A DNA stretch of 61,495 nucleotides, from the UHGV virus genome UHGV-0177730, one strand, 5' to 3'. Below, piece after piece: positions 1 to 8,871 of this stretch. Position 1 is the first letter of the stretch. Every line of letters begins with the position of its first letter. The notes beneath the pieces are model-generated. The model had not been told where the DNA came from and ran no database searches. It saw only the letters and a list, made by a program, of their open reading frames with translations. A program made the translations under genes and the position numbers. The DNA is from a virus.

Positions 1-533
1 CCAGCTTGATTCTTAGCTTCATCATGCATAAGAACATAGAGTTCTTCAGAGCTGATTTGCTTACCTTGATCCTGAGAAACAAGTTCAAGGATAGCAGCTT
101 CTTTCGTTTTACTGAACTGTGGCACTGGCGTAGGCTCAATACCCCAATTCTTATCTCCGTTCGCAGGGAACAGCAGGTCAGACAGACGACTGTCAACAGT
201 CTTGACCTTAGTTCTTGTCATACGAACAAAAGCTTTACTACGCAGAGGATCCATACGTTCAAGAACTTCAGGAGAGTAGATACCTTTGTACTGACGAAGG
301 GCATTCAACCACTTCTCTTCAATAGTCTTACGTGCACTGTCCGATCGGTCAAATGCTTCACGAACAAAAGCAGCCAGACCTTGAGGCGTTTCAGGCGCAC
401 CTTCGGTATCTTCTGCACCGGAATCTTCATCTACCTGCATACTGTCAGAAACTTCCGACAGGAAGTCCTGCACATCTTTATTTTCAACAGAGTCGATTAC
501 AGTTCCAGAACCGAAAAAATCTTTTTCAGTCAT
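1..533 (-). CDS. Portal protein, N-terminal part (partial ORF running off the window edge; in frame with 59941..61491 if the sequence is circular)
   Basis: Minus-strand ATG at 533..531 sits 5 nt downstream of the terminase stop. The 177-codon open frame (MTEKDFFGSGTVIDS...EEKWLNALRQYKG...) has no stop before position 1. Joining positions 2-1 with 61495 and continuing gives GGC-AAG-ATG, in frame with the MSKVIED... ORF at 61491. Confidence 0.55.
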   Translation of the reverse strand, partial: MTEKDFFGSGTVIDSVENKDVQDFLSEVSDSMQVDEDSGAEDTEGAPETPQGLAAFVREAFDRSDSARKTIEEKWLNALRQYKGIYSPEVLERMDPLRSKAFVRMTRTKVKTVDSRLSDLLFPANGDKNWGIEPTPVPQFSKTKEAAILELVSQDQGKQISSEELYVLMHDEAKNQA

Positions 534-538
534 GATTT

Positions 539-1954
539 TTAGTAGCCTCCAATCTGGCTAGCAGCACGATATTTACGTTGTGTGTTAAACAAGAACTTCT
601 TCTCTCGCTTATGTACGTACTCCATCATTGCGTACTGCAAGGCGTCATGAATATGAGAGAACTCATTCTTGACAGGAGATGCTTTATAAAGAACACCGTT
701 AACGGTCTTAGATTCAGCATACTTGTACTCGGACACAAAGCCTTTTCTTAAGGCTATACACTGAGGCCCAAGCTTGAACTTACCTTTCAAACGAAGGAAC
801 TGAGCAACGGCTTCAAAACGAGGAGTCCAGTTGTTTGTCTTAGCTAGCTTAACAGGAAGATTACATTCTTTCAGTATCTCCACACCAGACTTAGCATCGT
901 TCATTGACCGCTGTGAAGTAGCAGGGTCACACACAACTTTAAAGTTATTTACAATCCAAGGATACTTAGATGTGATCTTAGGCCAAAGATGTTCTTCACA
1001 GAACTCTTTAAGCGAACAGTTGTCTGTGCAGATCTCGTCAAACACAATAACTGTACCGTCTGGAGCTTGCTGTGTGAAAGCAGCAGAAGGGGTCAATCCT
1101 TGGTCCATTCCTATGACAACAGGCACACCACGAAGAGGAAGGACCTCTTCATCAACATGGTGGTCGAGATCACTGTAATCCTTATAAACAGGTTTACCTC
1201 GCTTTACTTCACCGTAGTTGTTGAGTACGTTGACGTTGATAAAGTCTTCGTCTGCGCCCATACACATGGTTTCGTAGTAATCCTTGTCAAGGTTGTCGAG
1301 GTTCTCTGCTTCAGGATTAGGGACATACTTCCCTTCAACTTTAAGCATAGCCGGAGGTTGACGGTAGAAACTATGTCCTTCTGGTTTGTCTTCCTCTGCA
1401 AGGCGATATAACCAGTGCTCGGTACTTACAGCGTTGTAGTCAAGTATGATGAATGGTCTGACTGGGCCACCGTCTTTCACAGCAGGATAACGCCTAAAGC
1501 GTGTTTTGATAAGCTGGAAAGTACCTTCAGTAAGTTCAGATGCTTCGTTCAAATGAGCAGAGGTCACTTCCAACGAACGAAGCTTTTCAGCAGATCTATC
1601 ATCGTCGACAGCGATAAACACGACTTCCATATCTACAGTCGTGCCATCAGCTAGAGGATACTTAATCCTGCCAACGATGGGGGTAGAATAAGTAATAGTG
1701 ATCTTGTCTTTAAACCATGACAACCACGTTTTAATGGTGGTTGACTTTAGGGCCGGGTACGTTGCGCGGACAACAAGGTGTCTGCTGTGCCTGACTCCAT
1801 GTTCGTCTGGTTTCTGACGCATAGCATTAAAGAACGCTTGAAAGATACAACCAGAGGACTTGCCAGATCCTACTGGCCCCATCACAAACAGAAAAGGATT
1901 AGGGTCACGATGAATCTTTGCAAACGTAGGCAGGACTTGATAGTTAATATCCAT
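539..1954 (-). CDS. terL: Terminase large subunit
   Basis: Walker A GPVGSGKSS near the N-terminus, acidic nuclease-type C-terminal half, 471 aa, immediately upstream of the portal gene. Confidence 0.85.
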   Translation of the reverse strand: MDINYQVLPTFAKIHRDPNPFLFVMGPVGSGKSSGCIFQAFFNAMRQKPDEHGVRHSRHLVVRATYPALKSTTIKTWLSWFKDKITITYSTPIVGRIKYPLADGTTVDMEVVFIAVDDDRSAEKLRSLEVTSAHLNEASELTEGTFQLIKTRFRRYPAVKDGGPVRPFIILDYNAVSTEHWLYRLAEEDKPEGHSFYRQPPAMLKVEGKYVPNPEAENLDNLDKDYYETMCMGADEDFINVNVLNNYGEVKRGKPVYKDYSDLDHHVDEEVLPLRGVPVVIGMDQGLTPSAAFTQQAPDGTVIVFDEICTDNCSLKEFCEEHLWPKITSKYPWIVNNFKVVCDPATSQRSMNDAKSGVEILKECNLPVKLAKTNNWTPRFEAVAQFLRLKGKFKLGPQCIALRKGFVSEYKYAESKTVNGVLYKASPVKNEFSHIHDALQYAMMEYVHKREKKFLFNTQRKYRAASQIGGY

Positions 1955-1962
1955 GACAGTCC

Positions 1963-2313
1963 TTACGCGGTTTCTTTCGCCAGATCCTTGAGTCCCGCAG
2001 GAGCAGTCTCTTCATCAGGGAAAGAGATATTAACGTTAATAACTTCACCAGCATTCGGATTGAAGTCCATAGCTTTCATCTTCGGCTGGTAGTAGCTCAG
2101 CAGTTCAGAGGCGATCTTAATCTTCTCTGTGCTGTTGGTCTTAGCAGACCTAGCCAAATGCACAAGTTCCTTGATGGGATCGTACCCAAATTCAAAGCGA
2201 AGACGACGAAGAAGTTCGTCTCCCTTGGTACATCCCTTACCGTCAGGAACAACTACAGAAGGACTAGGCTTCTTCAGAAGGGGCTTTATAGAGTCTTTCT
2301 TCATCAAGGTCAC
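1963..2313 (-). CDS. Small protein upstream of terL (terminase small subunit candidate)
   Basis: 116 aa, lies directly 5' of terL on the same strand. Call rests on synteny only. Confidence 0.35.
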   Translation of the reverse strand: MTLMKKDSIKPLLKKPSPSVVVPDGKGCTKGDELLRRLRFEFGYDPIKELVHLARSAKTNSTEKIKIASELLSYYQPKMKAMDFNPNAGEVINVNISFPDEETAPAGLKDLAKETA

Positions 2314-2986
2314 CTAAGTCAGAGTGGTCAAGCAGGGTAGCTATCTTCTCTGCATATGTTTTTAAAAGGAATTGAAAGTCACTAGAAGTAATGTCTTCAC
2401 GAATCTTACAGAACTCTACAGCAAAAAAGCCAAAAACATCTTGGTCGTCAGACACAAGAGGAGTAAGAGCAAAAGACACAACCTTGTGTGACTTCAACAG
2501 TATATATGTAGACATATCAAACTTACGCAAACGTTCAATGTTCAGGATTACTTTAGGCTCTGTACCAAAAGCAGCGTTAGTAAGATATGAGAAAGCAGAT
2601 ACAGGCAAGTTTAAGAAGTCAGCCTGTGCTGGCTTGAGGCCGGGACGAACAACTTCGTGTGTGCAGGACATCTTTGCAAAGTCAATACCTGACAAGTTTT
2701 GACACCCGTTATGAAACTGAACAACTGCAACTCTGTCTGCATTTAATTCAGACTTAGCATGTTTAAGCTTGGTAAGAACACGCCTATTCATATCAATTAG
2801 TGATGGAAAATCCTTTGCAAACTTCTTTGTCTTGTGTTTAGCTACACGTTTTAAAAAAGACGATAAAGTTGCACATTCATAGATAATGAATGCAGTTCCT
2901 CCCAGCATCGCAAGTGATATATAGTCAGCGTCTTTTACTAAGCTTGACAGACCGTTAACGATCCCTAGTAAAATTTGACTATCCAT
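2264..2986 (-). CDS. Hypothetical protein (first gene of the leftward late operon)
   Basis: 240-aa ORF downstream of a minus-strand sigma70-like promoter. Overlaps the next gene by 50 nt. Confidence 0.45.
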   Translation of the reverse strand: MDSQILLGIVNGLSSLVKDADYISLAMLGGTAFIIYECATLSSFLKRVAKHKTKKFAKDFPSLIDMNRRVLTKLKHAKSELNADRVAVVQFHNGCQNLSGIDFAKMSCTHEVVRPGLKPAQADFLNLPVSAFSYLTNAAFGTEPKVILNIERLRKFDMSTYILLKSHKVVSFALTPLVSDDQDVFGFFAVEFCKIREDITSSDFQFLLKTYAEKIATLLDHSDLGDLDEERLYKAPSEEA

Positions 2987-3008
2987 AACTTTTCTTTTGT
3001 TTTACCTC

Positions 3009-3037
3009 TTGACAAAAAGTCAATTAGTGATTATAGT
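3009..3037 (+). promoter_or_regulatory. Sigma70-like promoter: TTGACA (3009-3014), 17-nt spacer, TATAGT (3032-3037), driving 3131..4024
   Basis: Near-consensus -35/-10 with 17-nt spacer. The -10 lies within the 22-bp palindrome tatagtat-ttatgt-atactata (3032-3053). Confidence 0.6.
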
Positions 3038-3064
3038 ATTTATGTATACTATAACCTAAAATAT

Positions 3065-3092
3065 AGTATAATAACTATATGTATTTTGTCAA
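3065..3092 (-). promoter_or_regulatory. Sigma70-like promoter on the minus strand: TTGACA (rc of 3087-3092), 16-nt spacer, TATACT (rc of 3065-3070). Candidate promoter of the late operon
   Basis: The reverse complement reads cTTGACAaaatacatatagttatTATACT. It is divergent from the 3009 promoter. Confidence 0.55.
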
Positions 3093-3130
3093 GGGGTTAT
3101 AGTAAAAAAATGTATAAAAAGTGAAATAAA

Positions 3131-4024
3131 ATGTCGTCGACGCTGATAGAAAAAGACCGTAGGAAATTAAAGTGGCGGAGGAATCCTATACTGAATGAAG
3201 ACACACCTGAACCTTACAAGATCCCTAACTGTAGGTGTCAGGTAGGTTTATCAGAATGTGAAGTAGAAGCACAGTGGGACAAGGGTCTGTACACAAAAGG
3301 TGACCTTGTTAACGACCTGAACATCTTCTTTAACTATCTGCCTGAAAGTGAAGTAAGCAGAATGGTTAACGTTATGATCTGGTGTTTGTCTACCGGTTTA
3401 AAGAACAGAGGTGGTATCGACCTTAAAGACTTTGCAGTCATTACTGTTGAAGAGAAAACGTACAGCAGACCATTAACACAAGTAACACGTGACTGCTTTG
3501 GTGTGACTAAGCGTGTGTCCCGTGCACCTAAGAAGAGGTACTTTGTTTTTAGAGAGTATCCTCAGCTTAAGTCTGTAGTTGTACCACGTACACCTGACTT
3601 CTTTCCTGGGCATGAACGTACATGGTTTACATGGAAAGTGTCTGCAACAAACCATCCGTACTACTATGCAAGACACTGGCGTAGAGGTGCTTTGTATATG
3701 CAACAAGTCTTTGATAAGACCTTTGAATATACAGGGTACACAGACGAGTACATAGAGATGGCACAAATGAACATCATAGAACCTTTTGGTACAGAACGTG
3801 AACATATGAATACAGTTCACCTTGGCTTTGAGACACCACCTTACGTCAAGGCAGCTTACACAGACGAACTGATCAAGGTACCACTTAACTATGTGTCAAG
3901 TAAATACTTTACAAGTAATAAGGTCAAGTATGATCTTATGTTTAGAAAGATAACTAAAGAAGAAGCAAGTAAGCATCTTCTAAGTCAACCAAGAAGACTA
4001 GCTATAGACAAGAAAGAAGACTAA
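3131..4024 (+). CDS. Hypothetical protein (isolated cassette with its own promoter and terminator)
   Basis: 297-aa ORF, AT-rich codon usage, flanked by the promoter at 3009 and the hairpin at 4032-4096. Confidence 0.55.
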   Translation: MSSTLIEKDRRKLKWRRNPILNEDTPEPYKIPNCRCQVGLSECEVEAQWDKGLYTKGDLVNDLNIFFNYLPESEVSRMVNVMIWCLSTGLKNRGGIDLKDFAVITVEEKTYSRPLTQVTRDCFGVTKRVSRAPKKRYFVFREYPQLKSVVVPRTPDFFPGHERTWFTWKVSATNHPYYYARHWRRGALYMQQVFDKTFEYTGYTDEYIEMAQMNIIEPFGTEREHMNTVHLGFETPPYVKAAYTDELIKVPLNYVSSKYFTSNKVKYDLMFRKITKEEASKHLLSQPRRLAIDKKED

Positions 4025-4031
4025 ACGCAAG

Positions 4032-4096
4032 AAGCCCCCGGCTACAACAAGTACTATGCGAAGCATGGTCAGGTGTAGTACGGGGGCTTTTCTTTT
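4032..4096 (+). terminator. Long interrupted hairpin followed by a T-run (terminator and/or RNase III-type site)
   Basis: aagcccccg...(inner stem gtacta/tagtac)...cgggggctt followed by ttttcttttgg. Confidence 0.55.
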
Positions 4097-5152
4097 GGAG
4101 TAGTAGTCAGAATTTGATAGGGGGGCGCTCGGCCCTATTAACTACCAAGCTGTGCTTAACTACTAATATGTCGGAGAGTATCAATTACTTTAATGCACAG
4201 GTTGTTAGATACTATTTTCCCATGTCCTAATCAACTCAAACTACCTAAGTAGTTCGCTCGCTTTGAGGCTCGCTCACAGCCTAAAGAAAGCGTGTTCACA
4301 TGAACAAGCATGTATTGCTCAAGTACCAGTGTTGTACATGTGAACTGAGTTGAAGCATGGATTTAATCATCCAATCAATCACAGCAGCGACCCTGCGAAT
4401 CACTCCGTGATTTCTTATTCTTATGGAATAAGATAATCAGTTTTTTTCAAAAGTCAAGGGGTTTGGGACAACTTTCTTAAAAAAAGTTAAAAAAAGTTCG
4501 TCGAGACTACGTCTCTCCATCGCACCTACGAGACTAACGTCTCTTCGGTGCTCTCCTTTACTAGTAGGTGAGGCCGGGCCGGTAACTAGTGGGTGCCCCT
4601 GACTACTGTTGGTTACATATACTATAAGATGAGATGGATCATGGTGAGTATACCTCCTAGACCTGTTCTGAACATATAGAACTATGAGAAAGATAAACGA
4701 TTATGATGACGTCATTCAGCCTCCAAAAACTTACGTGTGATGTCTGTGTCAACTGTACCCCCGTGCCTCCGCTCTGTCCCACGGGTAGGGTATGCTCCCT
4801 CTCCCCCCTTGTGAAAGAAAGCACAGTGTGACTCCTAAGGTTTCTAGTGTTACTCCTAGTAGTTGTTGGATGGTTATAGATAGTTAAAAAGTACAATGAT
4901 TACAATAGGTTAGGTATGATTAGCACTGACTCATAGCCTAGCTTGTGGGTAGGATTTAAGACCCAGAACCAGCCATCAATGGTAATCATTATCAACAAAC
5001 AGCTGCTAATAGTTACCAATAGCAACTAATCGCATCCAAACGTTTTTAAAAGGTTAATCAAATCAACTACCTATGGTAAGCATGATCTAAAAGTGTAAAT
5101 GGTTTAGCATGGTTACACATAAGTTCAACTTATTGTACTCATGCACTCCAAA

Positions 5153-5271
5153 GGTACAAATGTTTGAACCATGTCCTAAGTACCTGTAGTACTTATGGTA
5201 TTATGCACAGCATGGCTCTATAAGCTCCACAAACATCCGCCGGCGCGCCTACTAGGTACAAATTCTTGAAC
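5153..5271. repeat. Two copies of the 17-mer GGTACAAATnnTTGAAC (5153-5169 and 5255-5271)
   Basis: 15 of 17 identical direct repeats about 100 bp apart in the ORF-free region. Confidence 0.5.
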
Positions 5272-5385
5272 TAATAGGATAACCAATAATCAACTATTTC
5301 AACTACTTACGTTTTGGCACAAGGCTTGCTATGTAAGAGGCAAAACACGCAAGTGCAGGTTCTTTTAAAAGCGTTGAAAAAGTGC

Positions 5386-5414
5386 TTGACAAGGCCATAC
5401 AAGCCATGTAGAGT
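5386..5414 (+). promoter_or_regulatory. Sigma70-like promoter TTGACA-N17-TAGAGT
   Basis: gtgcTTGACAaggccatacaagccatgTAGAGT. The gtgcttgacaag motif recurs at 22020. Confidence 0.5.
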
Positions 5415-5706
5415 CCATTTCAACGATGAACGTGTTCTTTCAAAAGTACATAGCGTCTTTGTCAAGTCCTGTTCTCTGGGAAAACCGGAAGTAGACGGAC
5501 GTTAAACAGCGCTTAGCTGTTCTTTGCTTGCGAGTGCTACGGCACTCTAAAGAGTAGTCGCCAGTCGGAATAACGAGCCACAAAGAGAACGAAAAAAGAC
5601 TTGACAAGCGCAAAAACTTATGAGAGAACACTTTCAACGAAAGAGGGAAAACCTACTCCTATAGAGGGCACAGTGAACAAGCGGAGCTTGACACTGGACT
5701 ACTCAT

Positions 5707-5765
5707 AAGACCCATAGGATTATGGGCAGAGTAAGTACTCTTAAGACCCACGATTGTGGGCAGAG
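5707..5765. repeat. Tandem pair of ~24-bp hairpin-containing repeats AAGACCCA-N-TGGGCAGAG
   Basis: aagacccataggattatgggcagag (5707-5731) and aagacccacgattgtgggcagag (5743-5765). Each has a 5-6 bp stem (cccata/tatggg; cccac/gtggg). Confidence 0.5.
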
Positions 5766-6567
5766 GAATAAGACCATAGCAGTCTGAAAACGTATGCTTG
5801 CGGAGTCGGTTAAAGAACTTGAGAGTCTCTGGAGAGAGACGAGGGGGCATGGAGTTGTCCCGAAAGGCATTAGTTTATAATGTCTTCTCGCACTAGCTGC
5901 ACACAAGCACAAGGCGCAGCTATGGCAATATCCGAAAGGTGAGCTATGCATGGAGCTTGCGAGTTATGCGTTCTCTGCCGTAACACTAACTACAGCAGAC
6001 TTGCACAGTAGTAAAGTGTCTTAGATGCGTTGCTTGTGTAAGTATGTAGTTCAGCAGGTAGAAGCGTACAGAAAAGCCTAGACTTGCCTATATACTCCCT
6101 TATCCTCGGGTGTGACGTATAAACAAGCGGACGGAACAAGCCGACTGGGGGCCTTGTGCACTGTGCAAGGTAGGTCGGGGGAAAGTCCTACTTACAGCAA
6201 GTCTATAATCTGCCGATAAACCGTAAACGGCATTGTGTAGCTTACACCTATACACTGTGATAAGACGGCTCAAAGGGCGGATTGAAGTAGCTTTAGAAAG
6301 GCTACAGTCGTCGAGCATTGGCGTTAAAAGGTCGCGATTCGACTTGCGTTGGAGACAGTGCAACGACTATAAATAGTAGGCAAAGGTGTTCAGTCTGTTA
6401 ATAGTTTAACAGCTACAAGGGATTGGGGTGTTTAGGCGCGTTAATCCCTTGTAGCCAACTAAATTCAACGTGGTGACGACTGGGACTTTATGGCAAAGGC
6501 ACTTGCTACTATTCCTATGGGCAAGCTGAAAAGGCGTATGCTTAGCTGGAAGTAAATAGCTTAATCG

Positions 6568-6593
6568 TTACAGGGGCATCTAAGTCCCTGTAA
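6568..6593 (+). promoter_or_regulatory. Perfect 8-bp stem hairpin (ttacaggg/ccctgtaa, 10-nt loop) about 30 nt upstream of the first early-gene RBS
   Basis: Seen directly. Followed by AGGAGA and a GTG at 6627. Confidence 0.4.
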
Positions 6594-6626
6594 TCATTTA
6601 AGTTATTTAACAATAGGAGAACTATC

Positions 6627-6791
6627 GTGTTAAAGTATCTTTCCCAACGTTATGTCAATATGCTCATGAAAGGCAATCATGCCATAGATTTTTACGTATG
6701 GGCAGGTCACGTTGCTTATAAAACTCAACAACTTAAAACCGCCGTTGAAGAACAGCAAACGCAAGCTGTGGAGAAACACCATGCACGATAA
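6627..6791 (+). CDS. Small hypothetical protein (54 aa, GTG start)
   Basis: AGGAGA lies 6 nt upstream of GTG. Its stop TAA overlaps the ATG of the next ORF (ccATGcacgaTAA), suggesting translational coupling. Confidence 0.3.
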   Translation: MLKYLSQRYVNMLMKGNHAIDFYVWAGHVAYKTQQLKTAVEEQQTQAVEKHHAR

Positions 6792-7311
6792 GCCACAAGG
6801 TTACAAGAGACAGGCTAATGCCCTGAACATTTGCAGGAATCAGGGCATGAATAACCTCTATCAAACGGAAAAGGAAGAACCGCGCATCATTCCAGTGTGG
6901 AACAAGCGCGGGGAGTGTATAGGCTTTAAGAACTCTCTTACAGGTTCCTTCATCAATCCCAACGATTTGCCTGTTGATGAAATAACAGGCTATCGTGTTC
7001 TCCCCGGTCTGGCGGATGTACCTTTCCTGTACGCTGAATACGGACAAAACAAGTCTGTAACTGGCAAGCATGGCAAGCATATCAACATCCGCAAGGTACG
7101 TACAAGCGAGCGCCCACGCGCTAAGTATCGTACTACAAACGTGGGCACTGGTGAGTCTATGGACAAGCAAGACGGGTACGCTTGTGCCCTCGTGACTCTG
7201 GACAAACCGCAAAAGGTTCGGCGTCGTGTTAGCCGTCATGCTAAGGTCGTCGTGCATACAGAAGACGATTACATCATGACCTCAACACGGTCGTCCCGGC
7301 GTTTCCGTTGA
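6781..7311 (+). CDS. Hypothetical basic protein (176 aa from ATG 6781)
   Basis: The ORF track starts at 6712. The ATG at 6781 is coupled to the upstream small ORF. Confidence 0.45.
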   Translation: MHDKPQGYKRQANALNICRNQGMNNLYQTEKEEPRIIPVWNKRGECIGFKNSLTGSFINPNDLPVDEITGYRVLPGLADVPFLYAEYGQNKSVTGKHGKHINIRKVRTSERPRAKYRTTNVGTGESMDKQDGYACALVTLDKPQKVRRRVSRHAKVVVHTEDDYIMTSTRSSRRFR

Positions 7312-7400
7312 TTTATATACAAAAGCCTAGACTATTAGGCTTTTGCAATAAGGCAATGGACTTCCACGACTACAAACCATTAAACATACGAGGTATTACT

Positions 7401-8297
7401 ATGAACGCTGCTATCGCTACTCCTATTGCTCCCGTTACTGCCGAACTCGCTACTGCTCCCGCCAAGATTACGGACTGGACAGAGGCAGACTTCCGCGCTC
7501 AAGTCAACGTCTTTGTGAACTCCCAAAAGGAATTCGTTAATGGCGTCACTCGTTGCACGCTGTACGCTGTTCGTGCTGCCATGATGAACAGCAACAACCA
7601 GCCTTTGAACTACATTCTCGGCAACCTTTCGGAAAAGCTGCGCCCGGCGTGGACTTCTTGGCTGTTCTACTTCGCGCCCTTCGCCTTGTCCGGGGGGAAG
7701 GATGCCAGTACCATCACGCTGGACGATGGGACGATCGTTGACCTTAAGTCTTCCATCAAGCTGGTCGCCAAGCGTTGTGATGAACTGTGCGACGCTGCCG
7801 AGATTGACAAGCTCGCTCGGGACAAGGGCGGGAACATCAACGACCCTGCTGGCATGATGCGCCTGTGCGACTACGTTATTGGCTCCCTTCGCTCGGCTCC
7901 GCGTTTCGACACGTGGAAGAAGGACAAGACCGCTGGCCGTGGTGACAAGCCTTTGACTGAGGAAGAAGTCATGGCGAAGTACACCAGCATCACCAATAAG
8001 CTGAACAAGCTGATTGAGCAGGCGAAGGCGTCCGGCGTGCACGATGTGCGCAAGTTCCCCGGTATCGAAACTCCGCATGGTCTGGATTACTACATCCAGA
8101 TGCTGGAAAACGCGGACGAAAACGACATGAGCGACGACGTTCTTGCTAAGGTACGCCTGCTCAAGGGGGAAAGCCTTCCCTTCATGTCCATGATTAAGCT
8201 GCTGTCGAACTGTGACAGGTCTAACCTGACCCCTGAACAGGAACTGTTCTATGAAGAAGTGTTGAAGAGTGCCGTTGTGCATGGTATCGAACTCTAA
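7401..8297 (+). CDS. Hypothetical protein, markedly GC-rich gene
   Basis: GAGG lies 9 nt upstream of ATG 7401 (the track ORF starts at 7308). Codon usage is much more GC-rich than its neighbours. A strong terminator follows. Confidence 0.55.
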   Translation: MNAAIATPIAPVTAELATAPAKITDWTEADFRAQVNVFVNSQKEFVNGVTRCTLYAVRAAMMNSNNQPLNYILGNLSEKLRPAWTSWLFYFAPFALSGGKDASTITLDDGTIVDLKSSIKLVAKRCDELCDAAEIDKLARDKGGNINDPAGMMRLCDYVIGSLRSAPRFDTWKKDKTAGRGDKPLTEEEVMAKYTSITNKLNKLIEQAKASGVHDVRKFPGIETPHGLDYYIQMLENADENDMSDDVLAKVRLLKGESLPFMSMIKLLSNCDRSNLTPEQELFYEEVLKSAVVHGIEL

Positions 8298-8307
8298 GCA
8301 TTACGTT

Positions 8308-8345
8308 AAAGCTCCGATAGGCGTGTTCTTATCGGAGCTTTTTTG
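8308..8345 (+). terminator. Rho-independent terminator
   Basis: aaagctccgata ... tatcggagc followed by tttttt. Confidence 0.8.
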
Positions 8346-8831
8346 CGTCCTGTATACAACAAGGGAGCTGTAAACATGCCAGACATTAGGCAGTTTCTGT
8401 CTAGGCGTTATCTCCGCCTTGCCGATAACCTGTCAGAGTCCTTTCTGTTGTCACCGTCAGTCTATACGGACTGGAAAACTCAACGACTGATTGAGCTCAT
8501 AGAACAAATCAATACCTGTATTATCTACAGACTTTATTAGCTAAGTATCTAAGAAACAGGCTGAACATCAGCTTGTTTCAAAGGATGCTTATTGCATCCA
8601 GTTAAACCATAACTGTCAAGGCTACATCCTTGAAAGGCAGTGTTGCTGGATGGAAAAGGTTTGTCTCAACGCGGTGACATGCATCCTTTGTCCTCTGTAT
8701 GGCAGAATGTGTGACGGTAAACCTGAACACCCTCTTGACGTACAGGACATTCCTACTACGGAAGAAGAGGATGTACTTTTCGAATTGAGGTTTGAGCGAG
8801 ACTGTTGTTCATTCTAGCATACATTCTTAAA

Positions 8832-8852
8832 ATCCACGAAAGATTTCGTGGA
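8832..8852 (+). promoter_or_regulatory. Perfect 9-bp stem with 3-nt loop hairpin (atccacgaa-aga-ttcgtggat) immediately upstream of a Shine-Dalgarno sequence
   Basis: Seen directly. GGAGGT follows at 8860-8865 and ATG at 8872. Confidence 0.4.
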
Positions 8853-8871
8853 TTTCATAGGAGGTGTGCTT

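Noticed and set aside
6-542. Plus-strand ORFs 6..542 (178 aa) and 332..535 (67 aa)
   Set aside because: They lie antisense to a much more protein-like minus-strand ORF (portal N-terminus) that runs off the window edge. Their translations are R/F/T-rich nonsense with no RBS context.
4100-6700. Possible stop-codon reassignment hiding a large gene (for example an RNAP) in the ORF-free region
   Set aside because: The short ORFs here translate to non-protein-like sequence. Only a TAG/TGA pair links two of them into ~135 aa. Codon periodicity is not apparent, and all other genes in the window use TAA/TAG/TGA normally.
4100-6700. tRNA cluster in the ORF-free region
   Set aside because: No GTTCGAAT/GTTCAAAT-type T-loop motifs or cloverleaf-compatible segments were found by eye.
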